Shown: piece after piece, positions 29,088 to 38,266 of the stretch | Layout: every line of letters starts with the position of its first letter | Numbering within the stretch: the stretch's first letter is position 1 | NCBI GenBank assembly: GCA_014729935.1 | Contig: WJJB01000243.1 | Location: 1-50,594 of the forward strand | Source: Candidatus Bathyarchaeota archaeon | GTDB taxonomy: Archaea > Asgardarchaeota > Lokiarchaeia > Sigyniarchaeales > Sigyniarchaeaceae | Direction: 5' to 3' | Length of the DNA: 50,594 nt | Program-made: the position numbers and the translations under genes | Notes under the pieces: generated by a model | The model's input: the letters and a program-made list of their open reading frames with translations, nothing else | What the model was told of the DNA's origin: nothing | Databases searched by the model: none

Positions 29088-29151
29088 GCACTGCCACGCG
29101 ATAGCAGGAAAAGACACACTGCCTTCTTTCATGAGGGAAAGAGATAAAAAG
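29088..29151 (+). repeat. Possible highly degenerate copy of the repeat (R4)
   Basis: It shares ACTGCCACGC, TTCTTTC and GATAAAAAG in the same order and spacing as the 30238 copy. The central hairpin arm is not conserved. Confidence 0.3.
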
Positions 29152-29198
29152 CAGGCAGGGAATGTGTATCTAGAGTATCGAGTGATGGAGGTATAAAC

Positions 29199-29426
29199 AT
29201 GGTATCAATTAAAGAAGCACAGGATCTGCTAGAAAACTTGGAGAACCTTAACAAGCTCGCCAAGGATAACCCGGGCATGATTAATGTCGAGGCTCTCTCC
29301 CGGGCGATGGATGAAGCAAGCAAGATCGCAAGGCAGCCCGCTTCCGAGTATTCCGAGGAATCAACCGATTTCACATCCTTGAAAAGTGAGAAAAAACCAT
29401 CAAGGAAAGCCCTCCAAGGCTATTGA
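29199..29426 (+). CDS. Small hypothetical protein (75 aa)
   Basis: A good Shine-Dalgarno-like GGAGGT lies 6 nt upstream of the ATG. The composition is helical and acidic. Confidence 0.45.
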   Translation: MVSIKEAQDLLENLENLNKLAKDNPGMINVEALSRAMDEASKIARQPASEYSEESTDFTSLKSEKKPSRKALQGY

Positions 29427-29572
29427 TCTTTCCCCCAACCTGATGAATGCTCAAGCATGCCATCCTAAAGCATTCTTCATGGGAAACTTCATTTTCATTA
29501 GATGCACATGTGAGGTATGGTTCATGGTGATTTCTAAACCAAGGATTTTGTTGTAACTCGGATGATTGAGAG

Positions 29573-30229
29573 ATGCCAGGAAACGTATTCATCAGGTTGC
29601 TCCTTGATTACCTTTTCATCTTTTACATGTCCATGTGGATCATCTTTCCCGCGTACCTGGCAAATGCCGTTATGGTCCCCGTTTCTCGGCGGCTTGAAAA
29701 AAGGGGCTGGAATCATTCCATGGATGGAGGTAAATTCTTGGGAGAAACCCGTGTACTTGGAGCTGGAAAAACCATTGAGGGTGCCCTCGCGGGAACAACC
29801 ATAGGTATCCTAGGGGGGATAGTACAATTATTATTGGCTCCAGCGTTTCAATTCATTTCGCTCAAGTGGCATGGATTCTATGGTTCTCTCTTGGTTGCAA
29901 ACGGTGATATCATGTTCTATATTGCTTGGAATCGTACTTCAATGATTCGCGCGTTAATATTTCCACCCGGTGCTATCCTTGGGGATATGATGGGATCTTT
30001 CATCAAACGGCGGATGCATGTTAACAGGGGAGAATCACTTCCCTTGCTGGACCAGCTTGATTTCATCATCGGCGTTATCTTGTTTAGCTTGGTCTCACAT
30101 GGCATTGGAGCTAGTCTCATTCAAGTGAGTCCATTGTACCTGGTTCCCATCATTATTCTCACGCCGTTGATACATCTTGCAGTAAACCGCGTTGCATTTA
30201 AAACTGGGATCAAGGACGTGCCACATTGA
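29573..30229 (+). CDS. carS: CDP-archaeol synthase (CDP-2,3-bis-O-geranylgeranyl-sn-glycerol synthase)
   Basis: It is a polytopic membrane protein. FPAYLANAVMVPV, GKFLGETRVLGAGKTIEGALAG and GDMMGSFIKRR...LPLLDQLDF match the CarS (DUF46) family pattern. Confidence 0.7.
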   Translation: MPGNVFIRLLLDYLFIFYMSMWIIFPAYLANAVMVPVSRRLEKRGWNHSMDGGKFLGETRVLGAGKTIEGALAGTTIGILGGIVQLLLAPAFQFISLKWHGFYGSLLVANGDIMFYIAWNRTSMIRALIFPPGAILGDMMGSFIKRRMHVNRGESLPLLDQLDFIIGVILFSLVSHGIGASLIQVSPLYLVPIIILTPLIHLAVNRVAFKTGIKDVPH

Positions 30230-30237
30230 CCGTCATT

Positions 30238-30297
30238 GAACTGCCACGCCCTAACTAACAAAAGGGGCGGGTTTTCTTTCGCAAAATGGATAAAAAG
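30238..30297 (+). repeat. Intergenic hairpin/T-tract repeat, type B copy (R5)
   Basis: The sequence is GAACTGCCACGCCCTAACTAACAAAAGGGGCGGGTTTTCTTTCGCAAAATGGATAAAAAG. It starts 8 nt after the carS stop and sits in a convergent junction. Confidence 0.85.
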
Positions 30298-30337
30298 TTA
30301 GCGTGATAATGGTCATGTAAAAAATGGCGGCAATACT

Positions 30338-30694
30338 TCAGTATTTTCCCCGGGGCCGCTGTTGGGGTTCGGCTGTTTCCATCAATTCTTCCCTTTTTTC
30401 GTCAATTTCCCCGGTGGGAGAACAATATACCACTTCAAAATTATTTTCCGGGTCAAGGTACAGCTTTCCAACCTCACCGTAGCCATAGATGTTATTATCA
30501 TCCCCCCTGAAGGTGGAATCGATTGACATCATGACAAGTTGCTTTCCATCCTTTGTCTTAACCAGGTGGGGCTGGCATGCAGTCAATCCAAATCCACGTT
30601 CATTTGCCAAGAACATTGCTACAGCATAATCGACTTCGTCTGAAATTTCCCCAGCAGTAACGATCTCCGCGATTTCTGGTTCTTGTTCAAGCAT
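30338..30694 (-). CDS. Hypothetical protein (118 aa)
   Basis: It is an ORF with ordinary composition. No motif was recognised. Confidence 0.4.
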   Translation of the reverse strand: MLEQEPEIAEIVTAGEISDEVDYAVAMFLANERGFGLTACQPHLVKTKDGKQLVMMSIDSTFRGDDNNIYGYGEVGKLYLDPENNFEVVYCSPTGEIDEKREELMETAEPQQRPRGKY

Positions 30695-30723
30695 AATATG
30701 GTTTTCAACTCGTCTTGCTTCCT

Positions 30724-30918
30724 TTATTTCAATAGGATTCCCTTATCGTTCATGGTAACCATGACCTGAACCACTTGGAACCACCGGAATGCGAGATTCC
30801 CATTCGGGCTTGCAGGAATAGTTAGGTCTACCATCGATCCCTGGGCACGAATTCGGATACTTTCATGGTTCGCGATTATCGACCTTTTATCACATCCCGT
30901 GCTTAAAAAATCTTGCAC
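30724..30918 (-). CDS. Possible small hypothetical protein (64 aa)
   Basis: It has a GTG start 2 nt after the stop of the upstream gene. There is no other support. Confidence 0.2.
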   Translation of the reverse strand: MQDFLSTGCDKRSIIANHESIRIRAQGSMVDLTIPASPNGNLAFRWFQVVQVMVTMNDKGILLK

Positions 30919-30920
30919 CT

Positions 30921-31751
30921 TTAGGAGAATGCCAACCTCAATTTTCGATTATCCCCTGATCCCGATTTCCTGATCGACACACCCCATTTCTTGAGGGTCG
31001 CCAACAATCGTGATTGCGGTCTCCTATTTTTCAAGATCGGCAATATATTGGCAATATCATCCATGGTATCGCAATCAAGGTAAAAGGGGAGGGAAATGTA
31101 AGGAAGGATGAAATTATTAGGCTCAAGCCCTTCTTGCATTAATCTTTCTTTTGCAATAGTTATATTGGCTAGATAGGATGGCAAGATGGTATCTGAAAAG
31201 TTGGTCGGGATAAAATCTGGGGGGAACCGGGCGAGCATGTTGCACCCGTTTCCAGGGGATGGGCTAATAACCACCGCTCTAGGGGAGTGGGGGGATTGCC
31301 GGCGCATGAAATCAATGCTAGAATTGATCAATTCATGAAGATCTTCCTTGATCAATAATGGAAGATCTCCCATCAAGAGAATGGTGCCATCGACATCAAG
31401 CTCTTCCATGGCATGGTCGTTCATGAATGAAATGACATGATTGAAGTCGTGGTCTTTATATCCTTCCTCCTCGTTCCTATACAGCAATTGCTCCTCAAGG
31501 AAATGGAAAGTGCCACTTTTCTCCTTTAACAGTTCTCCAATAATCCTATCCTTGCTACACACGATGCAAGAGAATTCATTCGAATTGACCTTTACTTCGA
31601 GGAATGCATCGAGAACACTCACGGTGTCCTCCATCAAGGCCCTCGTGATCTGGTCTCTGAACTCCCGTGCAGATTCCCTGGGTAAATCTGCCACGAGACG
31701 AGATTTGCCAGCATTTAGTGGTTTGAATGGTACGAGGAATGATACCTTCAT
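30921..31751 (-). CDS. Nucleotidyltransferase of the CofC/MobA-like family (2-phospho-L-lactate guanylyltransferase-like)
   Basis: The N-terminus MKVSFLVPFKPLNAGKSRLVADLPRESAREFRDQITRALMEDTV matches the CofC pattern (PvK....aKsRL...L....R..l..a.l.Dt). At 276 aa it is longer than typical CofC. Confidence 0.4.
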   Translation of the reverse strand: MKVSFLVPFKPLNAGKSRLVADLPRESAREFRDQITRALMEDTVSVLDAFLEVKVNSNEFSCIVCSKDRIIGELLKEKSGTFHFLEEQLLYRNEEEGYKDHDFNHVISFMNDHAMEELDVDGTILLMGDLPLLIKEDLHELINSSIDFMRRQSPHSPRAVVISPSPGNGCNMLARFPPDFIPTNFSDTILPSYLANITIAKERLMQEGLEPNNFILPYISLPFYLDCDTMDDIANILPILKNRRPQSRLLATLKKWGVSIRKSGSGDNRKLRLAFS

Positions 31752-31896
31752 GAATGTTCACTGCACCTTCCATGATCAAACTAATAACATGACTTATTCG
31801 TAAATCGGAAAGTAGATGATCGAGATCCATCAGGCCTTCGTGATGGTTCGTTGAATATTAAAACCCATGGTGTCCTATAGATATTGAGTGACAAAA

Positions 31897-33126
31897 ATGG
31901 AGATTCCTCTCGATAAGGTAGAAGAGTACCTTGAAGACGTCATCGCCTCAACTTTCAAGAAGGAAAGGAAGGTTGCATTCAAGCTCTTGCAAAGAATTAA
32001 ATCCGATGTAGAGAATGCGGAACGATCCATCGAGGAGGTGGATGCAGGTATAAATCGTGAGAAGGACGACTTGGTCACGCGATCTGCCATTCGTTTCGTT
32101 GAAGCTATGAAAGCAGAATTCAAGAAATTCGATTTAAACTTAGAAGGGGATATCAATCACGAAGTATTGAAAGAAACATTTGATTTCTTGAGCAAATTAT
32201 TCACTAACTACAATGAAAATGGTAAAAAATGGATTCCCAAGTTTGGCAAAGATTACAAGTCAGAAATGAAGACATTACAAGTTTTCATGAACAAGCTATT
32301 CCGAAATAATGGAAAGCTTGATAGTTTCATCAGGAGGAAATATAGCGACGCTCGGGAAGCAGAAGAAATTTCAGAGGATATCGACCGCTTGGAGGAATTG
32401 GTGGAAAGAACCTCATCAGATCGCGAGAAAATCGATGCCATGGAATCTGAATTACAGGATTTAGAAGAAAAACTTGAACGGCAAGAGGAAAAACTCGTGG
32501 AGCTCGAGAACCACGATCTAATCACCATGGAAAAGAAGCTTTTCAGGCAAATCAACACGCTAAAGCAAAAAATTCAACTCGAATTCTCGAAGTTAAAGAA
32601 AAGCATGAAAAAGTTCCTAAAAGCATTGCAGCGCGGGGAGTACTCGCCACGGTTCGGGATCACGGAATCCGACGTAAAAGCATATTTCAAGGACCCCTTC
32701 AGCCATGTAATCGAGGAAGGAGCCACCTACCCAAAGCTACGTTCGATCTTGGAGAACTTGGTATCATGCATGCATGATGAAATTGAAATGAAAAATGACA
32801 AGCGGGAGAAATCCCTTGAGACCATCAAGGAGATCAAGGAGGATCGATCCTTGGAACCCCTTGTCAGGGAATATAATGAAACCAGCGAAAAGCGGGATGA
32901 ACTATTGGAGAAAATAGAAAAAGAAGGTATTTCAACAAGGATTAAAGAAGTAAAACAAGAAATATCAGACCTCACCACACAAAAGGGACATTTGGAAGCA
33001 GATATCGCCAGAGAGAAGGAAAACGTGATAAACACGCTAAAGAAAATGAAGCTCGTCAAGAATTCCCTGGAAAACGAGATTGAAGCATTATCAGGAGAAG
33101 AATTATCCATCCTCTTGGCATTATAA
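31897..33126 (+). CDS. Coiled-coil protein of about 409 aa, function unknown
   Basis: It is almost entirely heptad-like E/K/L-rich sequence, e.g. ELQDLEEKLERQEEKLVELE and IKEVKQEISDLTTQKGHLEADIAREKENV. ATG 31897 is preferred over GTG 31888. Confidence 0.5.
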   Translation: MEIPLDKVEEYLEDVIASTFKKERKVAFKLLQRIKSDVENAERSIEEVDAGINREKDDLVTRSAIRFVEAMKAEFKKFDLNLEGDINHEVLKETFDFLSKLFTNYNENGKKWIPKFGKDYKSEMKTLQVFMNKLFRNNGKLDSFIRRKYSDAREAEEISEDIDRLEELVERTSSDREKIDAMESELQDLEEKLERQEEKLVELENHDLITMEKKLFRQINTLKQKIQLEFSKLKKSMKKFLKALQRGEYSPRFGITESDVKAYFKDPFSHVIEEGATYPKLRSILENLVSCMHDEIEMKNDKREKSLETIKEIKEDRSLEPLVREYNETSEKRDELLEKIEKEGISTRIKEVKQEISDLTTQKGHLEADIAREKENVINTLKKMKLVKNSLENEIEALSGEELSILLAL

Positions 33127-33180
33127 AATTCAAAAACTTTTTTCCCCCTCGATAACCATCTATGGTAGGTGAAACGCCCA

Positions 33181-34458
33181 ATGCTGGACATCCATCTTTT
33201 CAGGGACAATATCGAGTTGGTAAAAGCATCCCAGCGCAAGCGCTTCAAGGATGCAAGTATCGCGGACAAGGTACTCCACTGGGACGAGGTTTGGCGCGAG
33301 ATCAGGATGAAAACAGATGCATTACGAGCAGAGCGGAATGCAATATCCAAAAAAATTGGCAATCTGAAAAAGCAGAAGAAGGATGCAAGCAACCTGATCA
33401 CCAAGTCGAAACACTTGGGGGAGCAAATCACCGGGAATGAAACAAAGGAATCACACGCTCTGGAGCAACGGGAAAAGTTCCGGTATCAAGTCGGGAATAT
33501 CATTCACGAATCGGTTCCGGTTGGTGAAACTGAAGATGCAAACGAGATCGTCCTCACATGGGGTGAAAAACCAACATTTGATTTTAATCCGAAAATTCAT
33601 GTTGACCTGGTCGAGCTCGTGGATGGGGTCGAGTTGAAAAAGGCACAAGAAATCGCTGGCTCCAGGATGTATTACCTGAAGAACGATCTCGCTCTTCTAA
33701 ACCTTGCACTCTTGCAATTCGCCCTTGATTTCCTCGTAAAAAAGGGATTTTCACCCTTCTGGACACCTTTCTTCATCAATCACGATACCATCAAGAAAGC
33801 GGCTGAACTCGCAGATTTCGAAGAACAACTCTACAAGATAGAAGATGAAGACTTGTATCTCATCGCCACCTCCGAGCAAACCTTGGCAGCCCTTCACAAG
33901 GATGAAATCATAGACGAGGATCTCCTGCCATTGAAATATTGCGGAATCTCTTCATGTTTTAGGAGGGAAGCAGGTGCACATGGCCGCGATACGTTAGGCA
34001 TATTCAGGATTCATCAGTTCGAGAAGATAGAACAATTTGTATATACATCGCCTGAACATTCTTGGGAAATGCATGAAATCTTGATTCAAAATGCGGAGGA
34101 AATATACAAGGCATTGGGAATCCCATTCCGAGTTGTGAATATTGCCAGCGGTGAAATGAACGATAATGCTGCGAAGAAATACGACTTGGAAGGATGGTTT
34201 CCTGGATCTGGGACATACAGGGAATTATGCTCTTGCTCGAATTGCACCAGCTATCAGGCAAGAAAATTGGGCACTCGGTTCGGCAAGCAAGGTGGGGATA
34301 AGGAAACCGTGCACACGCTTAATTCCACTGCAATAGCAACCGAACGAACCATCTGTTGCATCTTGGAAAATTACCAGCAGGAAGATGGCACGGTTCAAGT
34401 GCCTGAGAAGATAGTGCCATACATGGGAGGAAGGAAGATCATCAAGCCTTGGGAATAA
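33181..34458 (+). CDS. serS: Seryl-tRNA synthetase
   Basis: MLDIHLFRDN begins the N-terminal coiled-coil arm. Class II motifs are FRREAG..GRDT.GIFRIHQFEKIEQF, NIASGEMNDNAAKKYDLEGWFP and LNSTAIATERTICCILENYQ. GGTAGGTGA lies upstream of ATG 33181. Confidence 0.9.
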   Translation: MLDIHLFRDNIELVKASQRKRFKDASIADKVLHWDEVWREIRMKTDALRAERNAISKKIGNLKKQKKDASNLITKSKHLGEQITGNETKESHALEQREKFRYQVGNIIHESVPVGETEDANEIVLTWGEKPTFDFNPKIHVDLVELVDGVELKKAQEIAGSRMYYLKNDLALLNLALLQFALDFLVKKGFSPFWTPFFINHDTIKKAAELADFEEQLYKIEDEDLYLIATSEQTLAALHKDEIIDEDLLPLKYCGISSCFRREAGAHGRDTLGIFRIHQFEKIEQFVYTSPEHSWEMHEILIQNAEEIYKALGIPFRVVNIASGEMNDNAAKKYDLEGWFPGSGTYRELCSCSNCTSYQARKLGTRFGKQGGDKETVHTLNSTAIATERTICCILENYQQEDGTVQVPEKIVPYMGGRKIIKPWE

Positions 34459-34496
34459 GCTTTTGAAGGCTCAAGCCCACCATTCTTTTAACCTTC

Positions 34497-34990
34497 TTGT
34501 CGAGAAGTCCCCCGGTTCTTGGATGGCTTGCATCGACACGTAGCTCCGCGTATCTTAGACGCCGCGGTGGATCCGATGGAAGTCCCGCTTTTCATTCACT
34601 TTCATTCATTATAGGGGGAAGAAGGTCGGTCTCTTCCTCGCCACGTGGCAGGTCCACTGGTTCTACTCGCAGGTCCAAGCCCACGTCGCGTCGATGGCGA
34701 GGCGGGAGGCCATGTTCGTGGAGCTCGTGAACCCGGGGAATACCTCCCAGAAATGCAGCCGGTGCGGGACAATCGGCGAGAGGAAGGGAAAAACCTTCCA
34801 TTGCACGAACCTCGAATGCGGTCTCGTGCTCGATAGCGATCTCAACGCTGCGCGCAACATCCACGTTGCGCCATTATCCGCGGGGGCTACACGCTCCCGC
34901 GGCGGGTGCCCGTTACCATCCATCCAGTTAACCGCGGCAGCTTGACATCACCGATGTCCGGAATGTCTAGTTTGAAGTAACGGTAATTCA
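34497..34990 (+). mobile_element. Remnant of an IS200/IS605-family (TnpB-carrying) element; GC-rich island
   Basis: GC jumps abruptly, to 57-68% in the 60-nt blocks I counted, against AT-rich flanks. The island holds the TnpB C-terminal fragment and a 7-bp GC hairpin at 34878-34902. No tnpA or TnpB N-terminus is present. Confidence 0.65.
34559..34945 (+). pseudogene. tnpB: TnpB (RNA-guided nuclease, OrfB) C-terminal fragment, 5'-truncated
   Basis: The frame is open from the stop at 34556-58: ...KKVGLFLATWQVHWFYSQVQAHVASMARREAMFVELVNPGNTSQKCSRCGTIGERKGKTFHCTNLECGLVLDSDLNAARNI. This covers the zinc-ribbon CxxC...C..C and the third RuvC motif D.NAA.NI. About 250-300 N-terminal residues are missing. 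Confidence 0.8.
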
Positions 34991-35002
34991 CATGGACAAA
35001 TG

Positions 35003-36958
35003 CTAGAATCTGAAGGTCCAAGTGATGATGGAATGAAGATTCAAGGCATCTTGCACCCTGATTGGCAATCTAGCACCTTCAGCTTGATTGTCGAGATTTA
35101 CCCCCTCAAGATTCGGTGTCACGACGGTGGTCGGTAGCTTGTTATATCGGAGCATTTCTTTCATGGACTCCTCGTCGATTTCATCTAATTGCGACCAGTC
35201 ATTCAACCAGCGTGAGTACGCGTTGCAAGTCTCCGGCGTGAGGGAATGTTTCAACGCCTTGGTAAATCTCCATGTTTCTCCATCGAGTGAAAATTTACCA
35301 GGGAGGGAAAGCTCGAGTTCCTTAAGATCGCCCATGTCTCCATCGATAGAATCTTCACGCGTGTAAATTGCCATCACGATGATTTCTTTAGTTTCCTTGC
35401 AGATGGTGGCAAGCACGTTTATTCCAGTTTCACGGTCTTCCGAGTTGGTTTTCTCTCCACCATCATCCACCACGGTAGTGCGCACCTCAATCTTTTCGGG
35501 CCCTAGTCTCTGAAAGAGGCTATATACGTGAAAAATGGGCTTCTTCACCAGGATGAACGGTTCATTCCATGCGGGATGGGAGGGGTAGACCTTGAAAAGG
35601 GAGGCACGATTTACCAAGTGCGCGTACTTGTTCCAATGGCTGGAATGGGGCGGGATGTCCATCGGCCCGTCTGACAAGATAGATGGGCATGTAACTTCCT
35701 CATGCGTTCTCAAATTCCGACTAACTGGCATCGTGGTTACCGTGTTCCTGTAACCACCAAAAGGATATCTCTCGTCTATCATGTGGAGGTTATCACTATA
35801 CACGCCATGGAGGAAAAACCATTCAGGCGCTTCAGTTTCCAAATATTCCAACAGGCGCATGTAATACTCTGCGACAAAACACGGATAGTATGTTGTTTCC
35901 CTGAACCTGTAAACGGGATCTTGCCTCGTCCCATTCACGCAGGAAAGGAAAGGATCCGCTTCGTCCAATAAGAAGGGAACGGGATGCGTGGTGAACCTGT
36001 CGAATTTCTCAATCGTGGTAATATATTTCTTCATGGTATCAAGCATGTAGTCCATCCTTGGATGGTTGAATTGTCCAGGCATCCCTCCTTTCACGTGGCA
36101 CGAGATGAAATCAACTGGGACATTTTGAGCAGTAACATGTTCCAAGAAACCTTCCAAATATTGCGTGCTCCATGCAACAGCAGGACCACCAATCCGCAAC
36201 CTGGGATCAATATCCTTGATTATTCCTGCGGTTCGCTCGTATAGCTCGTAGTATTCTTGAGGTTCGCTTCCCCAAAATGCCAATCCATCTGGTTCGTTCC
36301 ATAGCTCGAATAACCAGCTCGTGATGGCATCCTTGCCAAATCTCTCCTGGAGATGCGTTACAGTTTTTCTTACCAACAAGCCCCACATTTCATGAGACCT
36401 AGGGGGACTTGCAGCGATGGCGGGGGGGTGATCCTCGATATCATTGGGAAAATCAAAGTCAACCAACTCATCCCTGGCGCCAGGTTGGTAGTGTTCATGT
36501 GCTTCCTTGGCATACATGGCGAGTTCTGGTGGCATGAATCCAAGCTCAACGAATGGAATACAACCAGCATCGAGGAACGTGCTATAAACAGCATCCAGTC
36601 TTTCAAAATTGCATTGCAGGATGGATCCATTCCAAGATACATCTACCAATCCTGCATTTTTCTCCCCTTGCCTATCTCCACCATCTCCCGTGAACATATT
36701 ATGGCACCTGACATACCTGAAAGCAGACCGGGGATGTTCCTTGAAAGGCGCCACGCCCTCTCCGACAGGGTAACTAATATCAGCATTTCCCCTCATTGCG
36801 GCATGGTTATTTGCATCACGCAGAAGTTTGAATGTGCATTGCCCCAAGGGGTCAAGGATCGCACGGACCTCGTCAAAACCAAGGTCTCCCATGATTTTCG
36901 GAACGATACCAATCGATTTGGCGGGATTTACTTGAAATTTGAACCGCATGTCAACCAT
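35003..36958 (-). CDS. Glycoside hydrolase family 39-like (beta-xylosidase/clan GH-A)
   Basis: WLFELWNEPDGLAFWGSEPQEYYELYERTAGIIKDIDPRLRIGGPA matches the GH39 acid/base region (W.fE.WNEPn..fW....eY..LY..ta..iK..dp.l.vGGPa). DFISCHV and FLLDEADPF (nucleophile region) are also present. No signal peptide is visible. Confidence 0.7.
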   Translation of the reverse strand: MVDMRFKFQVNPAKSIGIVPKIMGDLGFDEVRAILDPLGQCTFKLLRDANNHAAMRGNADISYPVGEGVAPFKEHPRSAFRYVRCHNMFTGDGGDRQGEKNAGLVDVSWNGSILQCNFERLDAVYSTFLDAGCIPFVELGFMPPELAMYAKEAHEHYQPGARDELVDFDFPNDIEDHPPAIAASPPRSHEMWGLLVRKTVTHLQERFGKDAITSWLFELWNEPDGLAFWGSEPQEYYELYERTAGIIKDIDPRLRIGGPAVAWSTQYLEGFLEHVTAQNVPVDFISCHVKGGMPGQFNHPRMDYMLDTMKKYITTIEKFDRFTTHPVPFLLDEADPFLSCVNGTRQDPVYRFRETTYYPCFVAEYYMRLLEYLETEAPEWFFLHGVYSDNLHMIDERYPFGGYRNTVTTMPVSRNLRTHEEVTCPSILSDGPMDIPPHSSHWNKYAHLVNRASLFKVYPSHPAWNEPFILVKKPIFHVYSLFQRLGPEKIEVRTTVVDDGGEKTNSEDRETGINVLATICKETKEIIVMAIYTREDSIDGDMGDLKELELSLPGKFSLDGETWRFTKALKHSLTPETCNAYSRWLNDWSQLDEIDEESMKEMLRYNKLPTTVVTPNLEGVNLDNQAEGARLPIRVQDALNLHSIITWTFRF

Positions 36959-37053
36959 CTAATGACTTGGTGCGACGCCTAAAAAAAACCTTCGCGATAC
37001 CTGTTGGACAAGATGCGCAAAATCTGAGGTTTTTTCCCTCTTGGACTCATCTT

Positions 37054-37302
37054 CTAGGAACATGAAACTGGAATGCCAACTGGAAACCCATTCCATGAAC
37101 CATCCTTGAAATTCTTGGATTCCCCCATTTTTTCTTGATACATTTTCTCAGATCTCATGTTTGCAATGAATCTTGCTAGCTTGAACCATATCCCCTTCAA
37201 TGGTTCCTTTCCATCATCGCAGATGGCATCCAAGACGCCCTGCAAGTCCTCGCTTATGAAACCGATTTCATTCCAAGAGAAAATGCATCCATCCTTGAAC
37301 AT
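37054..37302 (-). CDS. Small hypothetical protein (82 aa)
   Basis: Supported only by being an ORF. It lies between the methyltransferase and GH39 genes on the same strand. Confidence 0.35.
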   Translation of the reverse strand: MFKDGCIFSWNEIGFISEDLQGVLDAICDDGKEPLKGIWFKLARFIANMRSEKMYQEKMGESKNFKDGSWNGFPVGIPVSCS

Positions 37303-37394
37303 TTATGAATCAATCCGTGAGAATATCAATGCTTGAGAATGGATTGAACATGATAGGTCTTCAAGGATTGGTGGCCCGATACTTGTAAGGAATT

Positions 37395-37449
37395 GAACTA
37401 CCACGCCCTAAACTAAAGGACGTGGCTTTCTGGTGGAAAACGGGTAAAA
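37395..37449 (+). repeat. Intergenic hairpin/T-tract repeat, type A copy (R6)
   Basis: GAACTACCACGCCCTAAACTAAAGGACGTGGCTTTCTGGTGGAAAACGGGTAAA is near-identical to the 26201 copy, except that it has one CTAAA unit instead of two. Confidence 0.85.
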
Positions 37450-37474
37450 CATCATGGGATGACCATCAGGGATT

Positions 37475-38266
37475 TCAAGATTTGGCACCGTTGATGATTT
37501 TCTCGATACGTTCCTTGGCGAGCTCGCAATACTCGGTGCTGATATCCACACCAATACCCGTGCGATCATTAATCCTGGAGGCAAGTAATGTTGTACCGCT
37601 TCCCATGAAAGGATCCAATATCACGTCATCCTTGTATGAGAATAACTTGATGCATCGATCCGGTAACTCCACGGGATACGGGGCGGGATGGCCAACCCGC
37701 TTTTTCGATTCGCCAGAAAACGTCCACAATCCATTAGTCCATTCAAGGAATTCATCTCGTGAGATGGTAGATTCTCCCTTCCTGGATTTCTTCCATTTAT
37801 CCTTGTACAGGATGGCGATCAGCTCGACGGGGGCTATCACGTATGGCGCACTCGCACTCATCCAAGATCCCCACGCCGTGCGCCTGGAGATATTTCCCTC
37901 GTTCCAAACAACGGTAGAGTGATACTTGAACCCTACCTTCTTGGCAATGTGTATCACGTCGGCATAGACGCTTTGCTGCCCTCCCTTGTTCTTGTCTAAT
38001 GGGATATTCAAGCAAAACCTGCCATCATCTTTCATCAAGCCGTGCACGCGCTCCATCCATGAATTCGTGAATTCAAGGTATTTCCCGTAGGGAATATCAT
38101 CCTTGAAATCACCATATTTCACGTCAACGTTGTATGGTGGTGATGTAACCACCAAATCTATCGAACCAGCGTCCACTGTTTTTATTTCCAAGATATCTCC
38201 CTTGATAATGAGAGACCGATTATCTAGTGACTTGTAATACCATCCGTCCTTGCTGGTATTTGCCAT
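37475..38266 (-). CDS. Beta-class DNA methyltransferase (N6_N4_Mtase family; the SPPY motif suggests N4-cytosine or N6-adenine)
   Basis: Motif IV DLVVTSPPYN is N-terminal and motif I ILDPFMGSGTT is C-terminal. HPAPYPVELP is also present. Confidence 0.85.
   Translation of the reverse strand: MANTSKDGWYYKSLDNRSLIIKGDILEIKTVDAGSIDLVVTSPPYNVDVKYGDFKDDIPYGKYLEFTNSWMERVHGLMKDDGRFCLNIPLDKNKGGQQSVYADVIHIAKKVGFKYHSTVVWNEGNISRRTAWGSWMSASAPYVIAPVELIAILYKDKWKKSRKGESTISRDEFLEWTNGLWTFSGESKKRVGHPAPYPVELPDRCIKLFSYKDDVILDPFMGSGTTLLASRINDRTGIGVDISTEYCELAKERIEKIINGAKS

Noticed and set aside
32727-33431. 234-aa minus-strand ORF spanning the coiled-coil gene end and the serS start
   Set aside because: It is antisense to two well-supported genes. 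Its Ser/Phe-rich low-complexity translation mirrors the Glu/Lys-rich sense strand.
34497-34923. Several overlapping 60-90-aa ORFs in all frames of the GC-rich island (34497-34730, 34645-34836, 34592-34864(-), 34663-34923(-))
   Set aside because: High GC suppresses stop codons, so long spurious ORFs are expected. Only the frame containing the TnpB zinc ribbon and RuvC motif has recognisable content.
36353-36982. 209-aa plus-strand ORF and other ORFs antisense to the GH39 gene
   Set aside because: The minus strand carries the GH39 WNEP signature across the full 651 aa. The plus-strand product has no motifs.
37305-37388. 27-codon micro-ORF (MNQSVRISMLENGLNMIGLQGLVARYL) ending 6 nt before repeat copy R6
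   Set aside because: It would make the 'repeat follows a same-strand stop codon' rule hold for this copy too. However, it has no RBS, is very short, and may itself be a decayed reverse repeat copy. Translation cannot be supported.
37422-37922. 166-aa plus-strand ORF beginning inside repeat copy R6
   Set aside because: Its first residues (MAFWWKTGK) are encoded by the repeat itself. The rest is antisense to the methyltransferase, whose motifs are unambiguous.
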